A DNA stretch of 64,000 bases, from the IMG/VR virus record IMGVR_UViG_3300007552_000001; one strand, given 5' to 3'. The notes beneath the pieces were generated by a model, which saw only the letters and a program-made list of their open reading frames with translations, made no database searches and was not told where the DNA came from. The first letter of the stretch is position 1. Each line of letters opens with the position of its first letter. The stretch comes from an uncultured virus (IMG/VR IMGVR_UViG_3300007552_000001) (Duplodnaviria > Heunggongvirae > Uroviricota > Caudoviricetes). Both the position numbers and the translations under genes were made by a program. Of this stretch, positions 49,572-58,525 are shown piece by piece.

Positions 49572-49802
49572 ATGAAACGTGTAAAAACATATGAAGACAT
49601 TATTTCCGAAAAACAAGAACTTAGTACCTCATTAATTTTAGAGAATAAATTTAAGAAATTTATGAGTTCACTTGGTCGCCATGCCGTTTCTGCAATAATA
49701 AGTTATTTTCATGAAAATCCAGATGCCTTAAAGGAAGTTCTAGGTTCTATGAAATCATCAAAAGATCAAGGTGTACAAGGCGCCCTAAAAGAGATCAGAT
49801 AA
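49572..49802 (+). CDS. Small protein with capsid-targeting-like N-terminus
   Basis: MKRVKTYEDIISEK...ILEN. Confidence 0.55.
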   Translation: MKRVKTYEDIISEKQELSTSLILENKFKKFMSSLGRHAVSAIISYFHENPDALKEVLGSMKSSKDQGVQGALKEIR

Positions 49803-49816
49803 ATTTAGTTTAATCA

Positions 49817-52546
49817 ATGGCCAATAACGCAAAGGACAACATACTGTTATCTCCTTTACAGAGGATAGCTAAGGCAAGTGAAAATACAGACAATAAAATG
49901 TCTGCTGTCGCGTTAGGCGTAGATGTTCTAATCAAGGGTAGCGATAATGTTAAAAGTATCTTAGAAAGACAAACTGATGTATTATTAGATATTAAGACTG
50001 CAATTACAGATTTACATAATGATATTAAGGGAGGCAAGGCAGCTGGTAAAGCAGGAGGAGAAAAAGGAGGCTTTGGCCTTGGAGGTGCTGCTAAGCTAGG
50101 AATTATGGTAGTGTTAGCCGCTGGCGCTGTTACACTCGCTTCTTTTATTATGCAAGGAATTGCTCCAGTTTCGGTTGCTCAGTTAGCAACAGCCATTCTT
50201 ATATCACTTGCATTAATTCCATTGGTTAAAGCAATGGTAGAAATGTTAATGTTACTTTCACCCGTCAGAGGGTTGGGTTTCATGGCAGGTAAATTTGCGA
50301 TATCTAAATTTGGAGGAGCAGCTGGTAAAAGCGCACTAGGTCCAGGTGGAGATGAAATGTCTAAAAATGGAGCGATGAAAATGGCATTTATGGTTGTATT
50401 AGGTGCAGCTGTATTAATAACTGTTTCAAGTTATATTTTATCAGTAGTAAAACCCGTTGAATTAAAGAAATTAATATCAGCCGCTGTAATAGGATTTGCA
50501 CTACAACCCATGGCAATGGCATTTTTAGGTGTCGTAATGGCATTAAAGAAGGGCGGAATAGGAATGGATAAAAATGGAGCAAAAACAATAGCAATGTCGA
50601 TGTTAGTTATGGTAGCAATTACACTTGCAATAGCAGGTGTCGCAGGAGCCATGGCCATGATGCCAGAAACCTTTATCGCAGGACCTCCATTAGATTGGAT
50701 TTTTATGACAGGGTTAATGCTTTTTGTTTTTTCAATTCCACTTGCTATAATACTAAGATCGGTCAAAGGATTAAATCTTAAACAAATGATATTTGCTGCA
50801 CTTGCAATACCATTAATAGCTTTAGCAATTGCTGGAGTTTCTTACGCAATGGAAGGATTAAGCGGTAATTATGTGGCTCCACCTGCATCATGGACTCTAA
50901 AGGCAGGTTTTGCTCTTTTCATATTTTCTATTCCATTAGTGATGGTATTAAGAAGTATTAAAGGAAAAACATTAAAGGAGATACTCTATGCATCTTTAGC
51001 CGTCCCTCTACTTGCGGGTACTATTGTTGCTGTAGCTTTAATGTTTACTTTTTTAGCAAAAGTAAAGGCATATAATGCACCCCCAGCAAAATGGACTTTA
51101 AAGGTAGGTTTGGCTATGGCAGTATTTGGTATAGCATTTTATTTTATTTCTAAAGCAACTCGAGGAATGAGTATAAAGGAAATTGGACTTGCAGCATTAG
51201 CCATGGGATTCATAGCTTTAGGTATATTAGCAGTCGCATTCATATTCCAATATCTACCAGATGAATTTAAAACAGTACCGGTTGAATGGTCATTAAAAAC
51301 AGGATTAGCAGTAGCTATCTTTGGCCTTGGGTTTATGATAGTAGTTAAACTGATGAAAACGTTTGGAGTTGGCCTTAAAGATTTGGCAATGGGACTAGTC
51401 GGCATAGTAGCGATCGGTATCGCAGTACTTGCAACTGCATGGATATTCTCAGTTTTACCAGGAAGTTTTGTACCAATACCTATTGAATGGACTATAGGCG
51501 CTGTGTTTGCTATTTCTGCATTTGCAGTTCCACTTGGTGTTGTCGGCTTAATTGCTACGTCAGGTGTAGGTGCAGCAGCACTAGGATTAGGTGCCCTTGG
51601 TATGATATTATTAGCAGGTACTATATGGGCAGTTGCTTGGATATTTAGCAAATTACCAGATTTAGGAGCAATTGGTAAAAATTTCACGGATATGTTATTA
51701 GCTCCTGTTAACGGAATGATAGATTCATTTGTTAGAATAAAAGAAGAACTTGGAATAGAAAATTTATCAGCCCTAGGCGCCGGTTTAGTTTCAATTGCAG
51801 GCGGTTGGTTAGCATTAGTTGGTGCATTGGCTGGACAAGCAGTTGGTGGACTATTAACTGGCGTAGTTTCAGGTGCAGGAAAAGTGTTAGATTTTATGAC
51901 TGGTGGGTTAACTAAAACAGATGGACCATTTGAAGTCCTAGATAAATTAATAAGAAGAAAAAAGGGTATTACTAGTTTAGGACCAGCTGTAGCTGCTGCC
52001 GGAAGAGGTTTTGCAGAATTATCTAAATATCAAAGTAAAGGAATTAAAGCTCTTAATGCACTATTACCATTCTCTAACGAATGGAGAGTAAAATACTTAA
52101 GAAGTTCGGCAACACATGTTGGAACGCTTGCTAAAAATTATGGCCTATTGGCAAAACAATCCAATAAGATGAATGTTGGCGCAATCAACGCAACCACAAA
52201 GATGTTCGATTCTTTACGTAAATTAGCAGAACAGGATAATAATCCAATGAAAGTCCTAGCTGATGATCTATTGAAAGCTGTTGCAGAATTATCAACTGCA
52301 GTTGACGCCCTGGATAAAGCAGTTGCTAGACAAGGTAAAACTTCTGGCGAAGCCACTAGTGTAATTGGTAAGGCACTTAATAAAGTTAAAGATCTAGTCA
52401 CGAGCAATACTGCAGAAGTTAAAAAGAATACTCCAAAAGGAGGAGCTCCTAAAATGGACTTCTCTCCAGTCGTTGACGCTATATCAGAGTTAGAAGAAAC
52501 ATTAACCTCATCTGGAATCAAAGTTAAAAAGAATTCAGGTTGGTAA
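49817..52546 (+). CDS. Tape-measure-like protein with extensive hydrophobic repeats
   Basis: 909 aa, Ala/Gly-rich, downstream of tail chaperones; repeated P-P-x-W-x-L-K-x-G units. Confidence 0.65.
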   Translation: MANNAKDNILLSPLQRIAKASENTDNKMSAVALGVDVLIKGSDNVKSILERQTDVLLDIKTAITDLHNDIKGGKAAGKAGGEKGGFGLGGAAKLGIMVVLAAGAVTLASFIMQGIAPVSVAQLATAILISLALIPLVKAMVEMLMLLSPVRGLGFMAGKFAISKFGGAAGKSALGPGGDEMSKNGAMKMAFMVVLGAAVLITVSSYILSVVKPVELKKLISAAVIGFALQPMAMAFLGVVMALKKGGIGMDKNGAKTIAMSMLVMVAITLAIAGVAGAMAMMPETFIAGPPLDWIFMTGLMLFVFSIPLAIILRSVKGLNLKQMIFAALAIPLIALAIAGVSYAMEGLSGNYVAPPASWTLKAGFALFIFSIPLVMVLRSIKGKTLKEILYASLAVPLLAGTIVAVALMFTFLAKVKAYNAPPAKWTLKVGLAMAVFGIAFYFISKATRGMSIKEIGLAALAMGFIALGILAVAFIFQYLPDEFKTVPVEWSLKTGLAVAIFGLGFMIVVKLMKTFGVGLKDLAMGLVGIVAIGIAVLATAWIFSVLPGSFVPIPIEWTIGAVFAISAFAVPLGVVGLIATSGVGAAALGLGALGMILLAGTIWAVAWIFSKLPDLGAIGKNFTDMLLAPVNGMIDSFVRIKEELGIENLSALGAGLVSIAGGWLALVGALAGQAVGGLLTGVVSGAGKVLDFMTGGLTKTDGPFEVLDKLIRRKKGITSLGPAVAAAGRGFAELSKYQSKGIKALNALLPFSNEWRVKYLRSSATHVGTLAKNYGLLAKQSNKMNVGAINATTKMFDSLRKLAEQDNNPMKVLADDLLKAVAELSTAVDALDKAVARQGKTSGEATSVIGKALNKVKDLVTSNTAEVKKNTPKGGAPKMDFSPVVDAISELEETLTSSGIKVKKNSGW

Positions 52547-52561
52547 TTCCAACTTTAACTG

Positions 52562-52588
52562 AAACAACCCCCTCTTATTTAGTATAAT
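52562..52588 (+). promoter_or_regulatory. Putative middle promoter (TG)AAAC-N16-GTATAAT
   Basis: Motif match. Confidence 0.72.
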
Positions 52589-52631
52589 TAATAGTTCTTT
52601 GACAGCTATACTTAAAAATAAACACAAGTAT

Positions 52632-52961
52632 ATGGAAACAACTATTATTACATTCGGTCTGGGTGTGGTGCTAACTCTAATTATTTTAGGCGTAGTGTCA
52701 TTGTTCAGGTCAACTAAAAAAATCAGTGAATTAGATTCGTTGATTAATCACATTGAAAGCGATATTCAAGGTAGAATAGATTCAGTCGAACACTATTTAG
52801 ATAATTGTATAGATGATCTAGATAGAAGATTAGATTCTAGAGTAGATAGAGCAATTTCTCAATTTGAGAAAGAAATAGAAGAAATGGATTTAAGATTAGA
52901 TAAAATTATTGATAGTTTTAATCTTCAAAAATCCAAAGAAAAGGAAAACATTCCTAATTAA
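52632..52961 (+). CDS. Membrane-anchored coiled-coil protein
   Basis: ATG at 52632; N-terminal TM, then LDRRLDSRVD coil. Confidence 0.6.
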   Translation: METTIITFGLGVVLTLIILGVVSLFRSTKKISELDSLINHIESDIQGRIDSVEHYLDNCIDDLDRRLDSRVDRAISQFEKEIEEMDLRLDKIIDSFNLQKSKEKENIPN

Positions 52962-53001
52962 TTTAAATAAATAAACATTAACCCATAGTTGTTAAAGAAT
53001 A

Positions 53002-53086
53002 GGAGAAGTGGCAGAGTGGTCGAATGCACTGGTCTTGAAAACCAGCGAACTTCACGGTTCCAGGGGTTCGAATCCCTTCTTCTCCG
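53002..53086 (+). tRNA. tRNA-Ser(TGA)
   Basis: GGAGAAG/CTTCTCC acceptor; CTGGT-CTTGAAA-ACCAG anticodon arm; long variable arm; GGTTCGAATCC; no encoded CCA. Confidence 0.93.
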
Positions 53087-53092
53087 CAAATT

Positions 53093-53169
53093 GGCCTGGT
53101 AGTTCAGCTGGTTAGAATGCATGCCTGTCACGCATGAGGTCGCGAGTTCGAGTCTCGTCCAGGCCGCCA
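53093..53169 (+). tRNA. tRNA-Asp(GTC)
   Basis: GGCCTGG/CCAGGCC acceptor; CATGC-CTGTCAC-GCATG; GTTCGAG T-loop; ends GCCA. Confidence 0.95.
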
Positions 53170-53182
53170 CTCAAAGCACATG

Positions 53183-53209
53183 AAACATTGTGCTTTTAGG
53201 GGGTATAAC
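53183..53209 (+). promoter_or_regulatory. Putative middle promoter (TG)AAAC-N16-GTATAAC
   Basis: Motif match. Confidence 0.72.
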
Positions 53210-53228
53210 TAATAGAAAATAATTTAAA

Positions 53229-53465
53229 ATGAGAAAAGTACACAGAGGTAGTAGAGGAAAGATTGCTGGAATATGTGACGGTTTCGGATATTATTTTGGA
53301 ATTGATCCATTAATATTCAGACTTCTATTCATATTAGCTTTCTTTACACCCACAATCCCATCAATATTAATATACATTATATTTTGGTTAATATTGCCAG
53401 CAAATAAAAAAACAAAAACAAATGACAAGAGCGCAAATAGTTCAAAAACTACTAGACGAAAATAA
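53229..53465 (+). CDS. pspC: PspC-domain membrane protein
   Basis: KIAGICDGFGYYFGIDPLIFRLLF...YII.W..LP. Confidence 0.85.
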   Translation: MRKVHRGSRGKIAGICDGFGYYFGIDPLIFRLLFILAFFTPTIPSILIYIIFWLILPANKKTKTNDKSANSSKTTRRK

Positions 53466-53601
53466 GATAACAACAGCAGAAGCTGTAGTTCTTCTTACAC
53501 CGGAGGATTCATACACTCGTCCTACAACTTATTTACCTTACCAACCACAACGAGGAACAGATCCTTATTGGTTCACAACATCGACACATGATAACGCCTA
53601 A
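53422..53601 (+). CDS. Small SHOCT-like protein (59 aa, not in ORF track)
   Basis: MTRAQIVQKLLDENKITTAEAVVLL...; A-rich leader. Confidence 0.55.
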   Translation: MTRAQIVQKLLDENKITTAEAVVLLTPEDSYTRPTTYLPYQPQRGTDPYWFTTSTHDNA

Positions 53602-53986
53602 CTATACATTTAACGCAAAACTAATTAGAGTAGTAGACGGAGATACTGTATGGGCACATGTAGATTTAGGATTTGATATTTGGAAAAAGGTAAACGTTAG
53701 ACTACATGGAATAGATACACCTGAAACTAGGACTAGAGATCTAGTAGAAAAAAGAGCAGGTCTTAAATCTAAAGAAAGACTAGTGCAGTTACTAGAACAA
53801 GGAAACAATGAATTCGTATTGGTTTCTAAAGAAGTGGATAAATATGGAAGAGCGCTAGGAGAACTATATAATGGTTATCATGAAGTTCATGTCCATGAAG
53901 GTGAAACTAGACCTATATCAATTAGTATAAATCAAGTATTATTAAACGAAGGTTTAGCAAAACCTTATAATGGAGGAAAAAGATAA
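53588..53986 (+). CDS. Thermonuclease (SNase-like)
   Basis: RVVDGDT, VRLHGIDTPE, DKYGR.L, N..L..EGLA. Confidence 0.9.
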   Translation: MITPNYTFNAKLIRVVDGDTVWAHVDLGFDIWKKVNVRLHGIDTPETRTRDLVEKRAGLKSKERLVQLLEQGNNEFVLVSKEVDKYGRALGELYNGYHEVHVHEGETRPISISINQVLLNEGLAKPYNGGKR

Positions 53987-53989
53987 AAT

Positions 53990-54568
53990 ATGAAATCAAG
54001 AAAATTTAGCATTTCAGGATTATTAGAATTAAGACCTGGAAAATTTGAAGATGAAAGAGGAGAGTTTATAGAAACATTCAAATCTTCAAAACTTAAAGAA
54101 CTTGGAATTACAGAAGAATTTCTACAAGATAATCAATCTGTTTCTAAGAAAGGAGTATTTAGAGGAATACATTTACAAACCGGAGATAGTGCTCAAGGAA
54201 AATTAGTAAGAGTTTCTAAAGGAGCTGTTGTAGATTTCGCAGTAGATCTTAGGCCTGGTTCCCCATCCTATGGAGAATGGACTTATGTATTATTAAGTGC
54301 GCACATAGGAAATCAATTTTGGATTCCAGCCGGATTTGGCCATGCGTTTCTTGCCCTTGAGGATGATACAATCTTTTCATATAAATGTACTAAAGAATAT
54401 GATAAGAGTGCAGAGGAGTGTCTCCTATGGACCGACAAGGATATAGATCTGACTATAGATAAGAGTATACTTGCACAATTCAATATATCAGACATCTTAG
54501 TCTCTGAAAAGGATAAAGAAGGTATTACGCTAAAGGAATATACTAAAAAATATGGCGTACTGGTTTAA
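53990..54568 (+). CDS. rmlC: dTDP-4-dehydrorhamnose 3,5-epimerase
   Basis: DERG.F.E, QDNQSVS..GV.RG.H.Q, Q.KLV, VDLR.GS, P.GFGH.F, YKC. Confidence 0.93.
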   Translation: MKSRKFSISGLLELRPGKFEDERGEFIETFKSSKLKELGITEEFLQDNQSVSKKGVFRGIHLQTGDSAQGKLVRVSKGAVVDFAVDLRPGSPSYGEWTYVLLSAHIGNQFWIPAGFGHAFLALEDDTIFSYKCTKEYDKSAEECLLWTDKDIDLTIDKSILAQFNISDILVSEKDKEGITLKEYTKKYGVLV

Positions 54569-55037
54569 AAGAAAATACAGACAAGTTAAAAGAGTCTTAG
54601 ATTACCTGCCAATCATTTGGAAAGGTTATGATTTTGATTATAGATACGCAATTGATTTATTTAAACACCAATTAATACGTACTTCTAATTTTATGGAATC
54701 AGATAGAGCGTATGCCATCGATTCTGATATGAGAGCTAAGAGAATTAAAACCGCTATTGAACTTCTTGATAAAGTTTACGATGAAGAATATGGAATGGAA
54801 TACATGGATCAGATAAAAGATATTTATGGTGATAATGTATTAGATCATTGGTTTGAAGATACTGGTAATAATGATGGGAGTTCATTCTTAAGGTACGAAT
54901 ACGAGAAATGGGATAATTGTGAGGAAGTCGAACAAACTAAGAATAGGTTATTTAAACAGTCTAAAGAAAAGCAAATTAGAGCAGAGAAATTAGTATGGAA
55001 ATTTATATCCCATAACATCCGAGGATGGTGGGATTAA
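54552..55037 (+). CDS. Hypothetical phage protein (C-term WWD)
   Basis: Coupled ORF. Confidence 0.65.
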   Translation: MAYWFKRKYRQVKRVLDYLPIIWKGYDFDYRYAIDLFKHQLIRTSNFMESDRAYAIDSDMRAKRIKTAIELLDKVYDEEYGMEYMDQIKDIYGDNVLDHWFEDTGNNDGSSFLRYEYEKWDNCEEVEQTKNRLFKQSKEKQIRAEKLVWKFISHNIRGWWD

Positions 55038-55050
55038 AATAATTTGAAAA

Positions 55051-55110
55051 TAATTGCCTAAATATTTTTTTATCTCAGATATTTTGCTTATATTAGTATA
55101 GTAATAATCA
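55051..55110 (+). promoter_or_regulatory. Early-promoter repeat copy 3
   Basis: TTTTTTTATCTCAGATATTTTGCTTATATTAGTATAGTAAT. Confidence 0.78.
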
Positions 55111-55124
55111 ATAAAGCAAAAAAC

Positions 55125-55352
55125 ATGTCACTTAATTTAAACGTAGAAAAAGCTTGGGTAACCTTCTTAAATGATGGTTGGGAAAGCGTTTGGCATCCAG
55201 TAACAGACGTTCTTGGAAACCATTTAGACTGGTCAGACGAAATCATGGACCATTGTAGAAAACAATTTAATGACTCTGACAATTGGGTTAGTTTTGGAAT
55301 CGCTCCTACTTCTCAAATGTTAATTAAAAACTCAGTAAGAGATAACCTTTAA
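55125..55352 (+). CDS. Hypothetical early protein
   Basis: ORF directly after the repeat. Confidence 0.6.
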   Translation: MSLNLNVEKAWVTFLNDGWESVWHPVTDVLGNHLDWSDEIMDHCRKQFNDSDNWVSFGIAPTSQMLIKNSVRDNL

Positions 55353-55362
55353 AAATATAAAA

Positions 55363-55821
55363 ATGAAAACAGTAATTTTCGATTTAGATGGAACTCTCGC
55401 TCTTATCGACGATAGGAGAGCTATTTCCACAAAAGATAATGGTAAAATGGATTGGGACACTTTCTTCGATCCAGCAAACATTCAATTAGATAAACCGAAT
55501 TGGCCAGTTATTCACATGGCACGACTTCTTAAAAAAGATGGACATCGTGTTGTAATTTTTAGTGGAAGATCTAAAGCTACTAAAGACGCAACGAAAGATT
55601 GGTTAAACGATCTTGATATTCCATTTGATGTTTTAAAGATGCGACCAACTGGTGGAGGTTTTAAGTTTATGAAAGATGATGTATTAAAGAAAAAGTGGCT
55701 TGATGATTTATTTCCAAATACAGACGATATTACATGTGTCTTTGACGATAGAGATAAAGTAGTTCAAATGTGGAGAGATAATGGTATCACTTGCTTTCAA
55801 GTTGCACCTGGTAATTTTTAA
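55363..55821 (+). CDS. HAD phosphatase (PseT 3'-phosphatase domain-like)
   Basis: FDLDGTLA, FSGR, LKMR...D...K, FDDR..VV..WR..G. Confidence 0.85.
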   Translation: MKTVIFDLDGTLALIDDRRAISTKDNGKMDWDTFFDPANIQLDKPNWPVIHMARLLKKDGHRVVIFSGRSKATKDATKDWLNDLDIPFDVLKMRPTGGGFKFMKDDVLKKKWLDDLFPNTDDITCVFDDRDKVVQMWRDNGITCFQVAPGNF

Positions 55822-55831
55822 AATAAAAGAT

Positions 55832-56116
55832 ATGAAATTCAAAGATTTAACATTTAAGAAACAAACACACGGTGGTGTAGGCACCACTGCAAAATTCAAA
55901 GACGTTACAGTGAGTATTCAGGCTGGTAAGTTTGTTTACAGTAATCCTCGAGAGGATGGCTTAGACTCTACACAATACTCTTCATTCGAAGTTGCTATAT
56001 GGGAGAACTCTAAAGACGGAAGTTTTGTTACTTCTAAATTTATAGATACTGAAGATCAAGTTGCAGGATGGACTTCTAAAAAAGATATTGATAATCTTTT
56101 ACAAAAATTGAAATAA
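55832..56116 (+). CDS. Hypothetical protein
   Basis: ATG at 55832; SIQAG...YS.PR, FEVAI. Confidence 0.6.
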   Translation: MKFKDLTFKKQTHGGVGTTAKFKDVTVSIQAGKFVYSNPREDGLDSTQYSSFEVAIWENSKDGSFVTSKFIDTEDQVAGWTSKKDIDNLLQKLK

Positions 56117-56343
56117 TGGGAATAGAAGGATTATTTTTAACGATTTTCTTAGGAGCATTTGCATTCGTAATGGGATGGATGAAAGGATGTGAAGACGAGC
56201 AATCGAGAATTAGAGAAGCTTTCAGGTCAGAAGAATATGACTATGAAGGCTTCTTTAATGTTCTTGAAAAATATGAAGAAAGGAAGGAAGCCGATAAGCA
56301 ATGGGCTAAGTTTAATAAAAAAAGAGAAAAAAATAAAAAATAA
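56116..56343 (+). CDS. Small membrane-anchored protein
   Basis: N-terminal hydrophobic helix. Confidence 0.55.
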   Translation: MGIEGLFLTIFLGAFAFVMGWMKGCEDEQSRIREAFRSEEYDYEGFFNVLEKYEERKEADKQWAKFNKKREKNKK

Positions 56344-56400
56344 ACAGCTAAAAGTTTTTTTATCTCAGATTTTTTGCTTATATTAGTAGAGTAATAATTA
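56341..56400 (+). promoter_or_regulatory. Early-promoter repeat copy 4
   Basis: TTTTTTTATCTCAGATTTTTTGCTTATATTAGTAGAGTAAT. Confidence 0.78.
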
Positions 56401-56415
56401 ATAAAAGAAACCATT

Positions 56416-56616
56416 ATGGCAGAATTAAAAAACAAACAATATATGTTCACCTTTGAAGGTGGCGGTTGGAACACAGTGTGGGCCAAAACTAAACGCGGTG
56501 CAATTAAAGCCGCTCTTAAAGAATACTCAGATTCAGATACTTTGAATCCACGTATTGATTCTTTTCATAAAGCTACCGAAGAAGGTCTTCGAAATGCAAT
56601 GTCTCTTTTCTACTAA
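56416..56616 (+). CDS. Hypothetical early protein
   Basis: ORF directly after the repeat. Confidence 0.6.
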   Translation: MAELKNKQYMFTFEGGGWNTVWAKTKRGAIKAALKEYSDSDTLNPRIDSFHKATEEGLRNAMSLFY

Positions 56617-56625
56617 AAAATAAAA

Positions 56626-56970
56626 ATGAATAAACTACAATCACTTAAATGCGTTGAAGTAACTTCACAGACGCAAGCCGACAATGGAACTATTTGTTAC
56701 CATGACCCTATCACGAATACTGACTATCTTTCTTATGAAAGTGGATATATTCGTAGAGCATATACCCGTAATTACGAAAATTACAAAGGATATGAATGGT
56801 CTCATCGAACGATCTATCAATTAAATCCTACTAAGAAATCAATGCATGAATGGAATGGAACCACATGGCCTTCAACTGAAAGGATTATGATCGAAGATCC
56901 AAACGAGCGTTTAGACAGACTTGCAAAGGCTGTAGTTAATTATAGAAAAACCCTTAGCAAGAATGCGTAA
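56626..56970 (+). CDS. Hypothetical protein
   Basis: ORF track. Confidence 0.6.
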   Translation: MNKLQSLKCVEVTSQTQADNGTICYHDPITNTDYLSYESGYIRRAYTRNYENYKGYEWSHRTIYQLNPTKKSMHEWNGTTWPSTERIMIEDPNERLDRLAKAVVNYRKTLSKNA

Positions 56971-57079
56971 ACTAAAACACACACTTAAGCAGATTGATAG
57001 TGTAGACATCGTCCTAATTACTGCGTTTGGACTTTATATGATTCTACTTGTTTCTAACCTTTTAAAAATGGTAAACTAA
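56963..57079 (+). CDS. 38-aa single-TM peptide (not in ORF track)
   Basis: MRKLKHTLKQIDSVDIVLITAFGLYMILLVSNLLKMVN*; overlaps both neighbours. Confidence 0.45.
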   Translation: MRKLKHTLKQIDSVDIVLITAFGLYMILLVSNLLKMVN

Positions 57080-57312
57080 TGAGATATACAGTAACATTTG
57101 AAGTATACATTGATGCAGATGACGATAAACACGCTCTTTCAAAGGGTGAACTTATCGCCAACAATCAAGAAAATAAATACGGCCAATCATGGGACGTAAC
57201 ACAATTACACCAAACTCCTTTCGCTTCCTTTAACACAAAGAAAGTAGATATTCAAAAACTTAGAACGGAGCAAATGATTAAATCAATAGAAGAAGATCCA
57301 TTACCATTTTAA
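57079..57312 (+). CDS. Hypothetical protein
   Basis: ORF track; ends DPLPF. Confidence 0.6.
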   Translation: MRYTVTFEVYIDADDDKHALSKGELIANNQENKYGQSWDVTQLHQTPFASFNTKKVDIQKLRTEQMIKSIEEDPLPF

Positions 57313-57313
57313 T

Positions 57314-57493
57314 ATGATGACCTATTTGTACATTGGCGTTTTATTCTCTTTATTTTTACACATATCTCATGATATTCAGTCGAAATATATTGAAGACTAT
57401 GATGGAAAAAGATTTACCCTTTTAGAATCTATTTTCTTGACACTAGCATGGCCATTTTACTTATTTCATTTTATCAAAGGATTTTTCGAATAA
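57314..57493 (+). CDS. 59-aa two-TM protein (not in ORF track)
   Basis: MMTYLYIGVLF...LAWPFYLF. Confidence 0.5.
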   Translation: MMTYLYIGVLFSLFLHISHDIQSKYIEDYDGKRFTLLESIFLTLAWPFYLFHFIKGFFE

Positions 57494-57522
57494 ACTTTTT
57501 GTAAAACCCATATATAAACAAT

Positions 57523-58356
57523 ATGCCAGAATTAGCAGAATTAAAATTTACAGCAGACTACGTCAATCAAGTATCAGAAGGTGCAAACTATGTTAATGTT
57601 TCTAAAAACCCAGAACATAAGTGCGAAGACCTCGATATTCCATTTAAATCTTTCAGAGTTAAGGCAGAATCTAAGGGAAAGGAAATGGTCCTTATGATTT
57701 TAGATAATAATTCAGATCAGATTATTCCTATTAGAATGACAATGGGAATGAGTGGATATTTTAAACTTACTAATTCAGGACAAGAACCTAAGCACTCACA
57801 TCTAAAATTTAATAGAAGGGATGGAACTACACTCTCATTTGTAGATGTTCGCCGATTTGGCAAGTGGAAACAAGGGTTATGGTGGAATGATACACGAGGA
57901 GAGGATCCAACGACCTCCTTTGATTCTTTTTGGAAAGATATAATGACTAATCTAACGTCACGCGCTTTCAAGAAACCACTCTATGAAGTCCTGATGAACC
58001 AAAAATATTTTAATGGAATAGGCAATTACTTAAGAGCAGAGATAATTTTTAGAGCAGGTGACGTAGATCCTTTTTTACCAGCAGGAATGCAACTAGCTAA
58101 ATATCCTAAAATACTAGAACTATGTAAAGATATCCCAATGTTAGCATACGCAAAAGGAGGAGGAAGCATTAGGGATTGGGATAATCCTTTCGGAGAAAAT
58201 GCAGTTCAAGAAAGATTTATGTTATGTTACGGTAATAGTGAAATGTCAAAAAGAAAAGATAGAAACGGAAGGATGTTTTGGTATGATCCTAAATGGGACA
58301 ATGTTCCTACAAGTAGAGACGATTTAAAAGAATATTTCCATGGCGATAGAAGCTAA
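57523..58356 (+). CDS. nei: Fpg/Nei-family DNA glycosylase/AP lyase, NEIL1-like
   Basis: MPE start, GKE, GMSG, FVDVRRFG.W, FNGIGNYLRAEI, zincless finger DRNGRMFW. Confidence 0.9.
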   Translation: MPELAELKFTADYVNQVSEGANYVNVSKNPEHKCEDLDIPFKSFRVKAESKGKEMVLMILDNNSDQIIPIRMTMGMSGYFKLTNSGQEPKHSHLKFNRRDGTTLSFVDVRRFGKWKQGLWWNDTRGEDPTTSFDSFWKDIMTNLTSRAFKKPLYEVLMNQKYFNGIGNYLRAEIIFRAGDVDPFLPAGMQLAKYPKILELCKDIPMLAYAKGGGSIRDWDNPFGENAVQERFMLCYGNSEMSKRKDRNGRMFWYDPKWDNVPTSRDDLKEYFHGDRS

Positions 58357-58525
58357 GAAGTGGCTTAACGAAAACGAATGGCCAGATAATAATATAGACA
58401 GTGATGCATTTTCTCATTACACTAAAATGAGCAGTATCATGGAACAATATGCCAGAGAATATCATGCTAAGAAATTAGAAGAAGCTCGAAAAAAAGAAGT
58501 AACACAATTTAAAAAGTTCTTATGA
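58340..58525 (+). CDS. Hypothetical protein
   Basis: Coupled ORF. Confidence 0.55.
   Translation: MAIEAKKWLNENEWPDNNIDSDAFSHYTKMSSIMEQYAREYHAKKLEEARKKEVTQFKKFL

Noticed and set aside
53002..53086. tRNA with anticodon TGA as a stop-codon suppressor or sign of recoding
   Set aside because: Anticodon TGA reads UCA (Ser). Core genes are full length in the standard code and TAA, TAG and TGA all serve as stops.
52958..53170. 70-aa minus-strand ORF
   Set aside because: Antisense shadow of the two tRNA genes.
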